Part shown: positions 1 through 15,240 of the stretch, piece after piece
How the letters are laid out: each line of letters begins with the position of its first letter
Numbering within the stretch: the stretch's first letter is position 1
Assembly: GCF_009914755.1 (NCBI RefSeq)
Contig: NC_060934.1
Origin: the human T2T-CHM13v2.0 reference genome, Homo sapiens
Reading direction: 5' to 3' (one strand)
DNA: 64,000 bases
Program-made: the position numbers and the translations under genes
The notes under the pieces: generated by a model
What the model was told of the DNA's origin: nothing
The model's input: only the letters and a program-made list of their open reading frames with translations
Database searches by the model: none

Positions 1-796
1 AATCATCATGAAAATGCAATGACCCAGGACCAAGGAATATTAACTGGGAACTAACCATAAACATAATAGTGTGTATATATGTATATTTTTTTCTTTGCCA
101 AATATCCATCATTATGATTTGTTAAATCATCTAGTTCCCAGAAAGGGCTAGACCTAGAATAACAAAGAATAGTGTATACAATCTCAGCCTTGTCCTGTGC
201 TCAACTGGTTAATATGCTGTTTTAATGAAGTTGTCATTTTTATTCGGTCATTGGGATTATATGTCATTTTATGTCATGTTACCTTGTACTGGGACTGTTC
301 ATGTATTAGAATATTGTATTACTAGTTAACCACCCTCAGCTATCCATGTTTACATAAGATTTTTAGAAAATTAATTTTATCTTTTCAATTAAAAAATTTT
401 ATGTAAAAACAATCATAGTTGTTACTTATATAATAATTACATTATAACAGAATTTATGAAAATCAAAATAATATGATTATATAATAATATAATTTTTGGA
501 ATCTGTTGTTAAAATTATCACTTTTCCTCCTAACTGAATTCACTTCATAAATCCTTTATTACATCCATCAGGGATAAGTGATTTCTCCAACATGTTTCTC
601 CTTTTCTCTTTTCCTCTGTCAGTGATTTAAGCTTTTTGTAAGAAGCTACAACCTGAATAATTACACAATATGAGTAGAAGTTTGGATAGCTAATTACATC
701 TGGAACTAGAAACCCAAGGCCTCAGTAAATTGTTCAGTTTTCATCAAATATAAATAATTTGTGTAAATGCAAGGAAAGGTAGATTTTACTGAGTAG

Positions 797-1063
<267 letters not shown>

Positions 1064-1212
1064 GAGTAGAGCAATTTATAATAATGGTGTCTCTAAAAAT
1101 TCCAAAATACGTGTGTTGCGAATTCTGCTAGTTTTTATTTTGGGAAATATTTTAGTAGATTAATATGCCTCTGTTTTGGTGAGATAAACTATGTCATAGT
1201 TATCATCAGAGA

Positions 1213-1818
1213 TGTTGAAGTCAAATAAAATATAGATAAAAATCTCTAAAAATTTTTTTGAGGGAAGCAAGAATTGCAATTTGGGGCATATATACAGACC
1301 CGGTGGTCTTCAGTATATCTGAAGAACAAAGAGAAGATTGGAGGTTTTATAAAAGAGAAATGTAAAAATAACTATTTGGTACTATGCTTAGTACCTGGTT
1401 GACAAAATAATCTGTACATCAAACCTCCATGACAGGAGTTTGCCTGTATAGCAAACCTGCACACGTACCCCTGAACCTAAAATAAAAGTTTTTGAGGGGA
1501 GGGGGAAGAAAAAAGAAATGTTCCATATTATTGTGAAAGAAAATTCATTGGCACTAGTAAAGTTGTGCAGAGCTGGAAAGCTCTAACTGGTGCATGATGG
1601 GTAAAACTAGTTTTAGAGTCTCAGCAGATTGTTTCAGTATCTGTCAGATACAACTAATTTCAGGTTACAGCTGTCAGTTTCAGGAGCCAGGTTTGTAGAG
1701 AATTATATTTTTGGAGCAGTATTACGAGCCCTTAGTGCTTTCCCCGACCCCTGACCTCTTGAGTCTTTTTGAGTTGGGTTTGACAAGAATGACTCAATTT
1801 GTAAGATCACCTTTCACA
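1213..1818. mobile_element. ERV1-type solo LTR (family uncertain), interrupted by a short L1 3' end
   Basis: TG...CA ends (tgttgaagtc ... ctttcaca) and LTR-like composition. Confidence 0.5.
1364..1508 (+). mobile_element. Short L1 (L1PB/L1PA-old) 3' UTR insertion
   Basis: L1 3'-end motif 'aataatctgtac..caaacc..catgac...aaacctgcac..gtacccctgaacctaaaataaaagtt'. Flanked by near-repeats aaaagagaaatgt and aaaaagaaatgt. Confidence 0.75.
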
Positions 1819-1919
1819 GATTCAGTGCTTCTTTGTTTTTTCAGTTTTTATTGGTCAAATGCTTCTGAGATAAATAACTGGGTTTTGCCCCACACTGCAT
1901 CATCTTCTTTTGTGTTTGA

Positions 1920-2264
<345 letters not shown>

Positions 2265-2310
2265 TAATTTTATAATTGTGAACTTAAAACTGTATGTTGA
2301 GATAATACCT

Positions 2311-2690
2311 ATCTTAGTCTGTTTGGGCTGCTGTTACAAAATGCCATAAGCTGGGTAGCATATAAACAACAGAAATTTTTTTCCCTGTGGTTCTGGAGGC
2401 TGGGAAGTCCAAGATCAAGACAGGCAGATTTGGTATCTGGTGAAGGCTCATTTGCTGGTTAATAGATGGCACCTTCTTGCTGTGTCTTCACTTGGTGGAG
2501 TCCAAGTGGAGCCCTTATAAAATGAGCTCCCTTGGGCCTATTTTATAAGGGCACTAATCCCATTCATGAGGGCTCTGCCCTCATGACCTAGTCATCTTCC
2601 TGAAGACCCCATCTCTGGACACTATCACCTTTGGGTTTAGGATTTCAACATATGAATGAAGGGAGGAGAATAAACAGTCAGACCATAGCG
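2311..2690 (-). mobile_element. MaLR LTR (MLT1A/MST-type)
   Basis: 'tatcttagtctgtttgggctgct...ggttctggaggctgggaagtccaagatcaag...cagaccatagc'. Confidence 0.85.
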
Positions 2691-4469
2691 ATATCTTCTT
2701 CATCTTTCAGTTGCACAAGTAACACCTCTCTTCCTTCCGTACCATCCGCTTTCTAACATGGATAATTTTTCCCTTCTGAATTTGTTTTTCAACACAATTT
2801 TAAATGTGAGCCTAATATTTACATGTATTTACCTAATTTAAACTAATTATAAATGAACCAGTAAAAACAGGTTAGAAATCTGGTAGTAAGTGCATCTATA
2901 AGAAATAAATTCAATCAGGCAAAATTGAAGCAGAAATTGAGCTGAGAGCTGTGCTTGGGAGATTTAAAGATGCTACTCCAGCCTGTGAACAGTAACTTGA
3001 AAAAAAAGTACCGCCATTTATCATGTTTCTAAATGAGAAGTATAACTACACTTAGATTCTCTTTACAAAACTACCCAGAAAATGTCAAAAATAATTATAA
3101 ATACATTTGTACAATTTCACAGTTTGCAAGGTTCTTTCAGAGGAATTATTCCATTTGGTTTCCAAAATAATCCTGTGTGAGATATACTGCCAGTGAAAGA
3201 TATGCCTTCTGTGGTTTTCTATACTGATTCACTTGGCAGCAAGTCCCCGCGACTAAAAGAGCTAAACCTGAATGCTGTTTAATTTTATTGTTGCTCTCAT
3301 ATTAAAATATCATTTCACTGAGGCAGTTCAAAAATGTGACTTTGGTTTTTTCGTAGTGTTACAGCATCTGCTCTTTTTATGAGTGGTACTGTTTCAAAAG
3401 ATTCTACTTAGAAATACATTCTTTAAACTTCGAATTCCCTCTCCTCCAACCTATGTTTCCAGAAAAGGTGGTTGTTACTCAGCTACCTTATGTTAAATAA
3501 AATCAGAAATTATGTGTTTCATACCATGTAAGGAGCATGTAGCTCCAGGTATCTATGTCATGCAGGAGACAGGATTTGGGCTTCAAGATGCTGGAGAGAG
3601 TGTCTTAATGAAAGAAGATGAGGTTTTGCACATGTATTTGTGTAAAGGGAATCTTAGACATGAGAATATGCTTCTTGAACTCTCTCCTAGTAACTTTCCA
3701 AGTAATATGTTGAAATTCTATTATGGTTAGTAACTCAATCTAGAAATGATTCTGGCAACTTGAAAAGGAAAAATTCTTCAAAACTTTCTCTAAGATTTTA
3801 GAAAGAAAGCTTTATTCAATAAGAGAAATTCCTTTCCTCTCAAGGGAAGCAGAATGATTCCTAGATGGGTTGATTCAGGACAGAAGGAAACTGAGAGTTA
3901 TTATTCTAGCTTTGCTAGTCTCATGTAGAAGTCTGCACTCTTTCTTCCCTTTTTCGTAATAGAGTTCTGTGAGAGTTTACGTGATTACAATTAATTTTGT
4001 TCAATTGAAGCCAACACTTGGCTTACTAAGTTATACTTTAATATCTTACGTTTAGTGATCAACTGCTTTTAGGCCTATAGTTCTTTCTTTTTCATTAAGT
4101 AAAGAGGCATCATGTTGTCAATTATAGTTGAATATAGTAAATTACACATTTAATACATTTTCAGAAAAAGTAGCCATTGGTTTTTAACAGCCCAGCCATC
4201 TACAATTAACAAGGATTTTCAAATTGTTTTTCAGTTAAGATAGAAAACATGAAAAAATTATGAGAAAGTTTGAAAGACTATGAATGGAACTAAACAACAT
4301 TCTTTTTAATCATCTTAGTGTTTAGCTTTATGCAGGTGAAATATCAGGTCTGTGTAACATGGATGATCAGAAGGAGCTTAGAGTGTAAGTTACACTAAGT
4401 TGCTTTCTGCAGTTGCCACTTCAGATGGTGAGAATGGTATTTAGCAAAACACGTCAAAGTCAGAAAGGC

Positions 4470-4730
4470 ACTTTATCATAGTGGTTAAGAACAAGGAGCC
4501 TTGAGTCAAACTATGTGGGCATGGCATCTGGCTGTGTCATCTGGCTCAGGTAAGTTTCTTCATTTCGCTTTGCGTCGGTTTCCTCATCAATAAAATTGAG
4601 AAGATGAAAATAGTATTTTCATCATACGTTTACATGAATATTAAATACGTTAAAATATGTGAAGTTCTTTGAACAGTCTTGGCACATAGAAAAATTAATG
4701 TTACATTTTATTATTACAGTGGTCATCATT
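4470..4730 (+). mobile_element. MIR SINE
   Basis: 'tagtggttaaga...gagtcaaac...ggtttcctcatcaataaaat...cttggcacatag' MIR core. Confidence 0.75.
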
Positions 4731-4909
4731 ATTATTAACATGCCATATTCTCAAATGATGCTTTATTGCCCTGTATTAGGAAACCAACTTCAGATCATAA
4801 ACTACCAGGTCACCACACAATTTATCATGAAGTTGTTGATGTTCTGCATGTGAAATAACTTAAAAAATGACTGAATGTTTATTTCTGTCACATTTTACTG
4901 ATCATAAAA

Positions 4910-5185
4910 CATCCCCACATATTGTATGCTACCATTGATATGAAATGTACAGAACAGACAAATGTATAGAGACAGAGAGGAGGTGAGTGGTTACTTAGGT
5001 GTGAGGGAATGGGGAGAGGGGAATGGCTGCTAATTGATATTGGGTTTCTTCATGGAGTGATAAAAATATTCTAATGTTGTTTATAGTGATCATTGTACAA
5101 CTTCATAAACATATTAGAAACATTAAATGTTATATGGCTAAACTTATGGCATGTAAATTATAAATCAATAAAACTTTTTAAATGA
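4910..5185 (+). mobile_element. Old L1M 3' end fragment
   Basis: 'cacatattgtatg...atagagacagagag...gtggtt...gatcattgtacaact...tcaataaaac'. Confidence 0.75.
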
Positions 5186-5196
5186 AAGGAATGACT

Positions 5197-5771
<575 letters not shown>

Positions 5772-6046
5772 CTAAGTCCTCACACAAAACAGTCAGAGAA
5801 CCTAATTAGCAAAGTCAGCAAGTCATGAAAAACATATGCAACAAAATTAAATGAAAATACATCCCTACAAAATCCAAAAGTACAAACTAATAGGACAAAC
5901 CACAAACAGTGACAAGACTTGTGTATTATTTATTTCTATAAGGGGGAAGGCAGGAAAATCACAAAAGAGTCAACAGATATTCCCTGGAAAATGCAGCCAG
6001 GTTTGAGAATTGGTTGTGAGTAGAAATGAGGAAAGGTAGATTATGC

Positions 6047-6049
6047 ATA

Positions 6050-6094
<45 letters not shown>

Positions 6095-6130
6095 GATACA
6101 TACATATAAATTATATATATATCTATATAT
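6047..6130. repeat. (TA)n microsatellite
   Basis: Direct reading. Confidence 0.95.
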
Positions 6131-6140
6131 AATGGTAATA

Positions 6141-6359
6141 CAGATATTCCTGGACTTATGATGGTGTTATATATGGATAAACCCATATAAGTTGAAAATG
6201 CATTCCATACCCAATAAACCCATTATAAAGTCAAAAAATTGTAAGTCAAATCATTGTAAATGCAGAAGCTCCTGGATTTGTGATGAGGTTATGTCCTGAT
6301 AAACCCACTGTAAAGTTGAAGGATTATAAATCAAACCGTTGTAAATCGAGGACTGTCCG
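6141..6359. mobile_element. Tigger-derived MITE (MER47/Tigger5-like)
   Basis: Starts TA|cagatattcctggacttatgatgg...gataaacccat and ends gaggactgtccg. The left-end motif recurs internally at ~6263. Confidence 0.6.
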
Positions 6360-6365
6360 TGCACA

Positions 6366-6368
<3 letters not shown>

Positions 6369-6404
<36 letters not shown>
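6369..6404. repeat. (CA)n microsatellite
   Basis: Direct reading. Confidence 0.97.
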
Positions 6405-6406
<2 letters not shown>

Positions 6407-7089
6407 TATATGTACCGTAATATGTATGGTATATATTTGGTAGTTATCTACTTTAGCTGCAAATAGGAAAGCTATTTAAGTTTCATATTTCTTTCTTACT
6501 TTCTATGCAAAAACTTACAACTCAATTTATTAGATAATATTTAGAAAATAGCCAACATAAAGCTAGATATATTCTTTTTTATTTATTTGCATTCTGAATA
6601 CATTATGGTGCTATCTTCAACTTACTATCAAATATATTTTTCTAAAAAGAAAAATAAAGCAAAATAATTGGCATATTCTGTAGTCTGTCCAGGAACACAA
6701 TAAGAAGGCTCTCTCCTTTTTGGACAAGTTAATAAGGAAGCAAGGAAGCAAGTAGCTTATTCATAGAAAAATAAGTGACAGATTATAAATTTGATGTCTC
6801 TCCTTTTTATTCAAGTTGGTTTAAAAATGGTTTGTACAGAAATCTTATAAAATGTAGCAACCATTCCACAGAACAAAGAAGTAGGAAGACAATTCATATT
6901 GTAAAGAAAGGGTTATCGTATCATTGTAATTCTAAAGTTCGAAATTTAAATGACTTCTGAAATTTCAGAACGTTACTTAAAGTACAATCATTTCTTAAGT
7001 ACAGTCATTCACCTGATACTCAGGGAGCTTACTATTAATACTAAATAGTATTTATGTCAGCTGTTAATATCCCAGATCAGCAATAAGAC

Positions 7090-7310
7090 CACTAGGTGTT
7101 AGTCCTAGCTTACCCATTTGCTATCTGCTGTATGATTTTAGGCAAATGACATGATCTTCTTTTGCCTTATGTTTTTCATCTATAAAATAGTAGTAATAAT
7201 GCTTCCATCTCATAAAGTTCTTATGAGGATTAAATTATTAACTCTATACAAGGTACTTTGAAAAACACATGAGATATAGCAAGCATCTGAATATTCACTG
7301 GCCAATAAAT
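7090..7310 (+). mobile_element. MIR SINE
   Basis: 'ttaggcaaatgacatgatctt...tttttcatctataaaatagtagtaataat...gaggattaaat'. Confidence 0.75.
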
Positions 7311-8394
7311 ATAAATGAACTACACTGCAAGCCTTCTTAATTGTTTTAGGGACAACACTTTTTACATCACATTTAGAATTCTATTCTGTTTTGTTCCTTC
7401 ATTTTCACATGTTCCACAAACATGGATTTTCTAGTCTGCAGAAAGCTTTGTGCAATGCACTGCACACATCTACGGAGAGCTGGGCTGAAATGTGTGCATT
7501 CCAGAGTGTTCAGTTTTGTGGATTTTTCTTTTTCCCTTTTCAGTGCCTCTTTCTTAATTCCTGGCATTTGTCTCCTTCCCCAGTGTGTTCCCCTCCATGT
7601 TTTCTACTTACAGGACCCCTCTGTGAACTGCTCAGAGACACTGGTAAACCCAGGACCTCAGGGTAGAATCCAATAATGGTATAAGATGTTGCCTTTTCAA
7701 CTGAATATCTAGAAAATTCAATTGAATGATGACCAGTTTTCAGTTCAAGGAAAAGGAAGAGATAATTTAGGGAACAGAGAATGTTTCCAGAATCTTTTGA
7801 CAGTAGCTACTCAATCTTTCCCTACATTCATACATAGCAAAACACTCACACCCCCCGAATAATCTTAATTATGAAAAGAAAAAAAATACCTTGAGGGTAA
7901 AATAAAAGAAGCTGGCATTTTTATAATTTCAGATGTCTTAGGTGTTGTCTTCAAAGATAATGTAAAAAGACATTCTTTTTTATTATAGCCACTTTTGCAT
8001 CTTTCATTTTTTTCCTGTTAAAAACTGTATGTATGACTCCTGAGTGTCCTTTAAACAGTGATTTTATCTGGAGTGAAAAATAGTGGCATGATGATAATGA
8101 TCTCAATGCAGCATCACTCTGGATTCAAATTGAACTTGGGAGATCACAAAACAGTGATTGCTTTATATAAAGTTCACACACAAATAAATCTATAAAGATA
8201 ACTCCATAGAGTTTAACTTCAGAACTTACCTTCTTCACTTAGTTTACATGAAAAGCTGTATTTCTGCTCACATTTGAGTGCTCCGAGTGTTGCATTCAGA
8301 TCGCTCGCAGTCTTCTTTTAAAGTAAATGTCAGACAAGAAAAAGAAGAAGGCAATGAGTAGAAAAGTAATGCACATCTCGCCCTAATGAAATAA

Positions 8395-8645
<251 letters not shown>

Positions 8646-8950
8646 TGATAGTGTGGATTTAAAAGTTACTATATGCCAAGTGCTTTATACAATAATTCTT
8701 CATGGTAACTACTCAAGCAATGTTTGATATGATTGCCATCACTCATCAACACCATCATATTTAATTGAATCCTTAAGACTCTGAAAAATTGAAATAGCTA
8801 GATGTTACACCAAATATCAGCTGAGTTGATTTCCCTCCTGATGCTTAATGGCATGGAAACAGCCATATGTGGCCATAACATCATAGAATACTACTAAAAC
8901 AGTGATAAACAACTTGGAGGTAAAAGCAGTCACACAGCACTTGACATATC

Positions 8951-9395
8951 TGTCAAGCAGGTTCACTGTCTACTGGTTACCAACTTGCCTGAGTCTGGTG
9001 AGACAGAATCCTCATAAACTAATTACATAAAGCGGGTTTATTACGTACAGATAGGCAGCAAGGGACAACAGAAAATTAGGGTTCATCATTAAGCTGGTCC
9101 CCCAAGGCTCAAGAAAGCTGCCCAGGGTGGATGTAATCTCATCTGTGCAAGACCCTGTTGCACCACAGCTGATGATCTGGCAAAGCCCGCCCTGGGTTTT
9201 ATAACTTAGGTGAAAGCATGAAAGGATGTTCTGTTTCTAAAAGAAATTTGAACTAAGACCGGGCTGTTCTAGAACGTCCCTTCTTATCTCAGAATGTTGC
9301 ATTCCTAGCACATTCTGAGTTTCTTCTTGAGAACTGCAAGCAAGAAACTAGGGAGAACTGGGTTGGTCCAAGGCCACAGGGAGAAATGTTTGGCA
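8951..9395 (-). mobile_element. ERV solo LTR (family uncertain)
   Basis: Starts tgtc and is GC-richer than its flanks. 'gcaggttcactgt...ggttaccaacttg...gagtctggtgagacagaa...gggtttatt' resembles the reverse of an LTR U5/R. Confidence 0.5.
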
Positions 9396-12300
9396 TTATC
9401 TAGTTTGCCAATGATTTCAAATGGTCTTGAAAAAAAATAAGTGATATCAGACATATCATTAGTGTTTCTAATAGTAGAATGTTTTAATAGTACTAGTTTA
9501 AGTATTTTAAAACATTGTTAAGTGATGTTTTAAAATTTTTTAATATTCAAATAATCCTTATTGTTACAGGCTTGTTTTATTTTGGATTCAAAATCTTTTC
9601 AGTAAGGAAAGGGCGGGAAAAGAATATTTGTTAACTACAAATATTATTTAACTTGAACCAGACCCAGGTCATAGCAGTTTCTTTCTTTACCTGATTATAT
9701 ATGACTATTTTTATACTAGGTTTCTTTATACACTGCAATGCACCTTTTGTACCTAGAGCTAAAATTTTCTGCCAACACTTGATATAATTTGTTAAATATA
9801 CTCTTTATAGAAGAATCCATACATTTAAGCCTGCACTTTAAATGAAACTTTACTTATTGGCAGGATGAAGTACGCAATGCTTCTCAAATGACAAAATAGG
9901 CTTATTTGAAGTAACTAAATCCCTGCAAATATTGATTAACAAAAAGTGTCAAAGTCATGTTTAAAAATAGCTTGTTATAATTAGTTTATCTCCTGATTAT
10001 ATGTTCTCTTCCAACTTACTTATCAATATTAATAACATGTCCATACATAAATTGATATTTTACTAACTATATATCATATATGGATACAAAGATTAATTTT
10101 GACTTTTCAGTGAAAGGTAACTGGTTTTTATTGATTGAAGAATTTTGATTATCAAAAGGTAAGAACGGTGACATCTTTGTCATTGATTTATAAACAGATG
10201 CTGTCTTTTTGAAAATGTATCACCGCATGTGGTAGAGATATTTACTCTTTGAATGACATCAGTTTCTTTCCCGCATGTTTCCCTTTTAGTTAAACGGGTC
10301 AGTAAGAATCAGAATTGGCCAATGTGCTGTGAGGAAGTAGCATGTGTCATTTCCAGTTGAAATATTTAAAATGTAGTGTACAATTTTCATCGTTACAGAT
10401 TTATTTTGAATTCAAAAGTAAGTCTCATCAGGTCTCCCTTGCATGTTAAAAGGGGCCTTATATCCCAGATAGTATATCTACATCTGCCTCATCTTCCTGA
10501 ATCTGTAGATGAGAATCTCTTAGCCAACTTGTTTTTTAGATATGTATAGTTGAGTTGTATATATATATATATGTGCGTATATATATAGTATTTTTTAAGA
10601 TTTAAGTGGTATTTTAAAAGTATATCATCAAGCCCATCCTAACACACAGTGCAATCTACTACCTAACACACAATGCAATATTACATAAAGAGACATTATT
10701 TAACATTGAGTTTTCCAGTTTCTCTACCTTGGAAGCAAATACATTTGCTGTATTTAAGGTCACAGTCTCAGGATTATGGTTGCTTAATTAATAAACAAAA
10801 AGAAATCACAACCAAGCTATCAATCCTTTGCAGGTTTATTCAATCTGAAGATGTAAGAGAGAAGTATACTTACCTTCAGATTCTAATAGTCTAAAGGTGT
10901 TAACCAAAAGCTCCCAGCATTCCTGGGTTCAGCCTTTTGAGGAAGTACCCTCAGTGAATAAAGTTGACACTAAACAAAATTCTTAACGAAGAGGTGGAGA
11001 TAGTCTTTGTGACATCAACCCTCTACATTCAGTCATTGCCAGTTATAAATCTAACTTTCTTTTATTGCTTGAATTGATTTGAGACAGGCTTCAGAAGAGA
11101 GTCTTCATTGCCATGGTCAACTAACTGCATTGTTCTTCATTAAGCCTTAGAGCCCAATTACTTGTTTCTTATAAAATCAGGGACTAGTTCTTTTTTTCTG
11201 GTCCAAGGCCATTCTTTAAACAAAAGAACTATGTGATTGAGTTTATTATACTTTTAATCAGTGATTTTAAATTAAAAAAGTCAAAGCCATGGATGAATCT
11301 AATTACTTTAACATTGTATTCAAGTAAACCATTTGTTATGTACCTTGAAATCATCAAATACTGCTTTATCTCTCGATAAAATTAAGAGAATTAGCATCTG
11401 AATGTTAAAAAGGTCTATATTTAAAAATGTAATTTAAATCATATTATAATGATAAATATTACTATTAATATAATTATATTTAATTATAATCCAAGCACAA
11501 TGATATAACTTGGTTCATTTACATTATTAAGAAAAAATAATTATTTGACCAGACATTTTAGTAAGGCTTAAATAGCCCTTGAAATATCCCTAGGTTCAAA
11601 TAGAGGCAACTGTAAATGTGAATGTTAACATTATCCTCAGTTCATGTAATTTCTAATTAGAATTTGTTTCAATGACAATGAAAATTTTCATATTTAGGAT
11701 CTAGGTCAGTAGGACCATTGCATAGAGTTTTTGTGATGATATGGTGTTTCAATTTTTACTGAACTATATTTTACTTATTTTCACTCAAAATGAATATTGA
11801 TGTTTATCAAGAAGACTCCTACTTTATGCTCATATATAATTTTTCCACTACATAATTGAAGTATATGTCATTTAGTCCTGAAATATCGGTACAGATATAT
11901 ACTAGTATATAAGATGTATAAGCTACAGTTGAACTTGAGTAGATGTGGAACACATGAAAATTACATCTAGTTGAGCCAAACATAAAGAAACAGTTAACAA
12001 CAAAATCTACAGATATTTATACATGCACAAATATTAAGCCAGGACTAGAAACCAATTTTCTTGTCTATTCCACTTAATGGAACGCACACACAAATGCACA
12101 TACGCACACACAGATTTTTTTTTTTTACTGTAACATATAAGTTTCTGAAAAACCTCATGTTTTGAATAATATGAAAAGAAGAAAGCCTTTGGAAAAATAG
12201 TATTGGAGCAAGCCACTGAAATCATAGGTAATCTAGTTACCCAGCACTAATATAAACACTAGCAATCATATTCAAGCTGCTAGTACAGTTTAAAGTATCT

Positions 12301-13227
12301 GAATTCCTAGTAAATAGAGGAACTTTTGAGTAAATGTATGACTCTACCTAAAATAGTGGGGGTGGATGGGAGGCAAGGACCCTTGAGGTAAACATAGTAT
12401 AAAATGTTTAAGACTGTTGAATTTTGAAGGCAAGAGCAAATTACCCGAAGACCAGGAGAACTAGGCAATAAAGAAGCACTTTCAAAAGAAAGCACATGGA
12501 TAACTCATCTGAAAACGTTGGTTGAAGCACACTCTGCGCGGTCCGGGAATTCCTGTATGACTTGCTGAGCTCAGCTGTGCAAGTACTCTTTGGTTTCATC
12601 TGCTGTATGTTGGTGCTACAAGAATTATTGTAGTGGTCAAAATCATGGACCAATCAAAACAACTTCTGGTTATAGTAACCTAATTCCTCCACTGATCAGT
12701 TGCATACATGCCTACTTGTTTAATTGTTTTACAGAAGCATGCATTGAATAAGTGACAATCAAGACAATGGAAGGAAATGAATAGATATTGAAAAATCAAT
12801 GGGTGACAAGATCATACTAGACCCAGCATATACACAATCTCATTTAAGAGGGGAATAAGAATGTTTAGTATGGAATGGATTCTTGAAGGATTTGAGTCAA
12901 ATGACTCACACAAATTGTCTGGAAAGTTGTCTCAGAGGAACTGGGAAATGAAGAGTTTAAAATCGTTGATTAAAAGGTCAGGAAAGAGTTCAGAGAAAGA
13001 AACCAAGTGTGTTTGGAGTTTTTTCCACTAGGTTACTTTTTGGTCTTTTAGTCTTTGTACATTCTAATGATAATTTCTTGGAAATCTCTATGTTAACTAG
13101 ATTTACTCTAACTGCCAACACTGTCAAACGTAAAAGGAGTTCATGTAAAGGTACAAGGAATCATATCAATCAAGAATATGGTACAACGTCAGGAAGATAT
13201 GGAAATCAAAGATTAAAAAGTGAGAGG

Positions 13228-13491
13228 GGGTAGGGGCAGTGGCTCACATCTGTAATCCTACACTGTGGGGGGAGGCTGAGGCAGGAAGATCACTTGAGCT
13301 CAGAAGTTCAGCTTGGGCAACATAGTGAGACCCCATCTCTACAAAAAAATTTTAAAAATTGGCTGGTGTGGTGGTGTACACCTGTGGTCCCAGCTACTTA
13401 GAAAGCCGAGGCAAGAAGATCACTTGAGCCTGGGAGGTTGAGGCTGCAGTGAGTCATGATCTCACCACTGCACCCCAACCTGGGTGACAGA
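13228..13491 (+). mobile_element. AluJ lacking its 3' tail
   Basis: J-type 'gatcacttgagc', 'gaggttgaggctgcagtgag'. Confidence 0.88.
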
Positions 13492-13494
13492 AAC

Positions 13495-14265
13495 TGTGTG
13501 TTTCAGCTCATCTATTTAATTTCCCTTTCTGTGGAACGTCCATCTCTACTTTACCGTACATAAAGAAAACATGACTCCGGGGAATACACGAGCCTGGACA
13601 CATTGTTGCAGGCATCCTTTAGTTTTATTTCTAAATTCTCTGACCTATCTTGGGTCAAATGGTCACCCTCAGACTAGTTATTGTAGACAGACGGCAGGAT
13701 ACATTAGACAAACATGCCTACTGGAACTCCACCTTGGTGACCTTATTGATGAAGGAGTGTCACCAGAATAGGGGAGCTGGGTATACAAATCATATTCACT
13801 ATGTCTTATTTTCTGTATTCTGATGCTTCCTAGCAATAGTAAAGCACTTCCTCTTGAGTGCATTTTTCAAATGCAAACCAACCACTCTAGAGCCCACATC
13901 TCCACCTACTTCCTTTATGAAGCCGTCACACTCAGAGCCACGATCTACCTGCCCTAATCATCTTAGGGTTAATTACCAGAGACTAGGAAGAGCCACCATG
14001 CCCCCGAGTTTACTGAAATTATTCAAACTAGCCAATTGTAAATCTGCTTCTCATAGAAACTGCAATAAAGGTGCTTGCCCACAATTTTGCATCTCCTTCT
14101 GCCTCCGGATCAATCCGAGTGTTTGCCTGTGCAGCCTCCCTACAGTGAAGTGTTCTCCCTTCACTCAGGTTCTGTGAGTATAAAAACCTATCTTTTCCAT
14201 GGCAGTCATTTCCTGATCTGTGGGCCTCACCATGCCTAAATATTACTAAAACCTAAATGAAAACA
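13495..14265 (+). mobile_element. ERVL-class LTR (MER74-like)
   Basis: 'agaaactgcaataaaggtgcttgcccac', ending 'actaaaacctaaatgaaaaca'. Confidence 0.6.
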
Positions 14266-14808
14266 CAAATCCACTGTAAGCTCATTGAAAATCTATTCTT
14301 AGAACATGATATTTTGCATTCAATAAATATTAATACAGTACCTCCTACTAGCAAGTATAGAAGGATGTTACACAGATAAGTTGATTATTCTAATAGATGG
14401 CTAGTCCAATAGTGAGGATAAAAAGTAATGAACTGCACTAGAGCAGTACAGTGAGAGTGGAGACGGAGAGGGGGCTGCCTGAAATATTGTGAGAGGAATG
14501 ATAATTCAAGAGACTGCTTTAGCTCTGGTTATTATAGCTTTCATCTGGCTGGCAAGAAAAAATAAGGCAGGGAAAGAGGCAAAGGAAGGACACATACCTG
14601 GTGTCTTTTAAAATTGTTTTCTTGAAGCTTTTGTGTATTAATTATACTTATAATGAATTAACCAAAATTTAGTTGCGTGGTTAAATCATAAGGAAATCTA
14701 TGAAATGTGTTTACTCAAAACTAAGTTGTATTACTAGGAAAGAGGAAGGGAATATATATTTGTATAGAGAACCAATAGCCTACCACAATTTCTTATAAGG
14801 TAATTTCT

Positions 14809-15207
14809 TTTATTTTTAAATTTAATTTTAATTTTATTTATTATTTCCATAGGTTTTCGGGGAATAGGTGGTGTTTGGTTACATGAGTACGTTCTTTAGT
14901 GGTGATTTGAGAGATTTTGGTGCACCCATCACGTGAACAGTACACAGTGAACCCAATTTGTAGTTTTTTAATCCCTCATCTCTCTTCCACCTCCCACCCT
15001 TTCCCGAGTCCTCAAAGTCCATTGTATCATTCTTATGATACAATGCATCCTCTGCATCCTCATAGCTTAGCTCCCACTTACCAGTAAGAACATAGGATGT
15101 TTGGTTTCCATTCCCAAGTTAGTTTACTTAGAATAACAGTCTCTAGTTCCATCCAGGTTGCTGCAAATGCCAAATGCCACTAATTCGTTCCCTTTCGTGG
15201 CTGAGTA

Positions 15208-15240
<33 letters not shown>

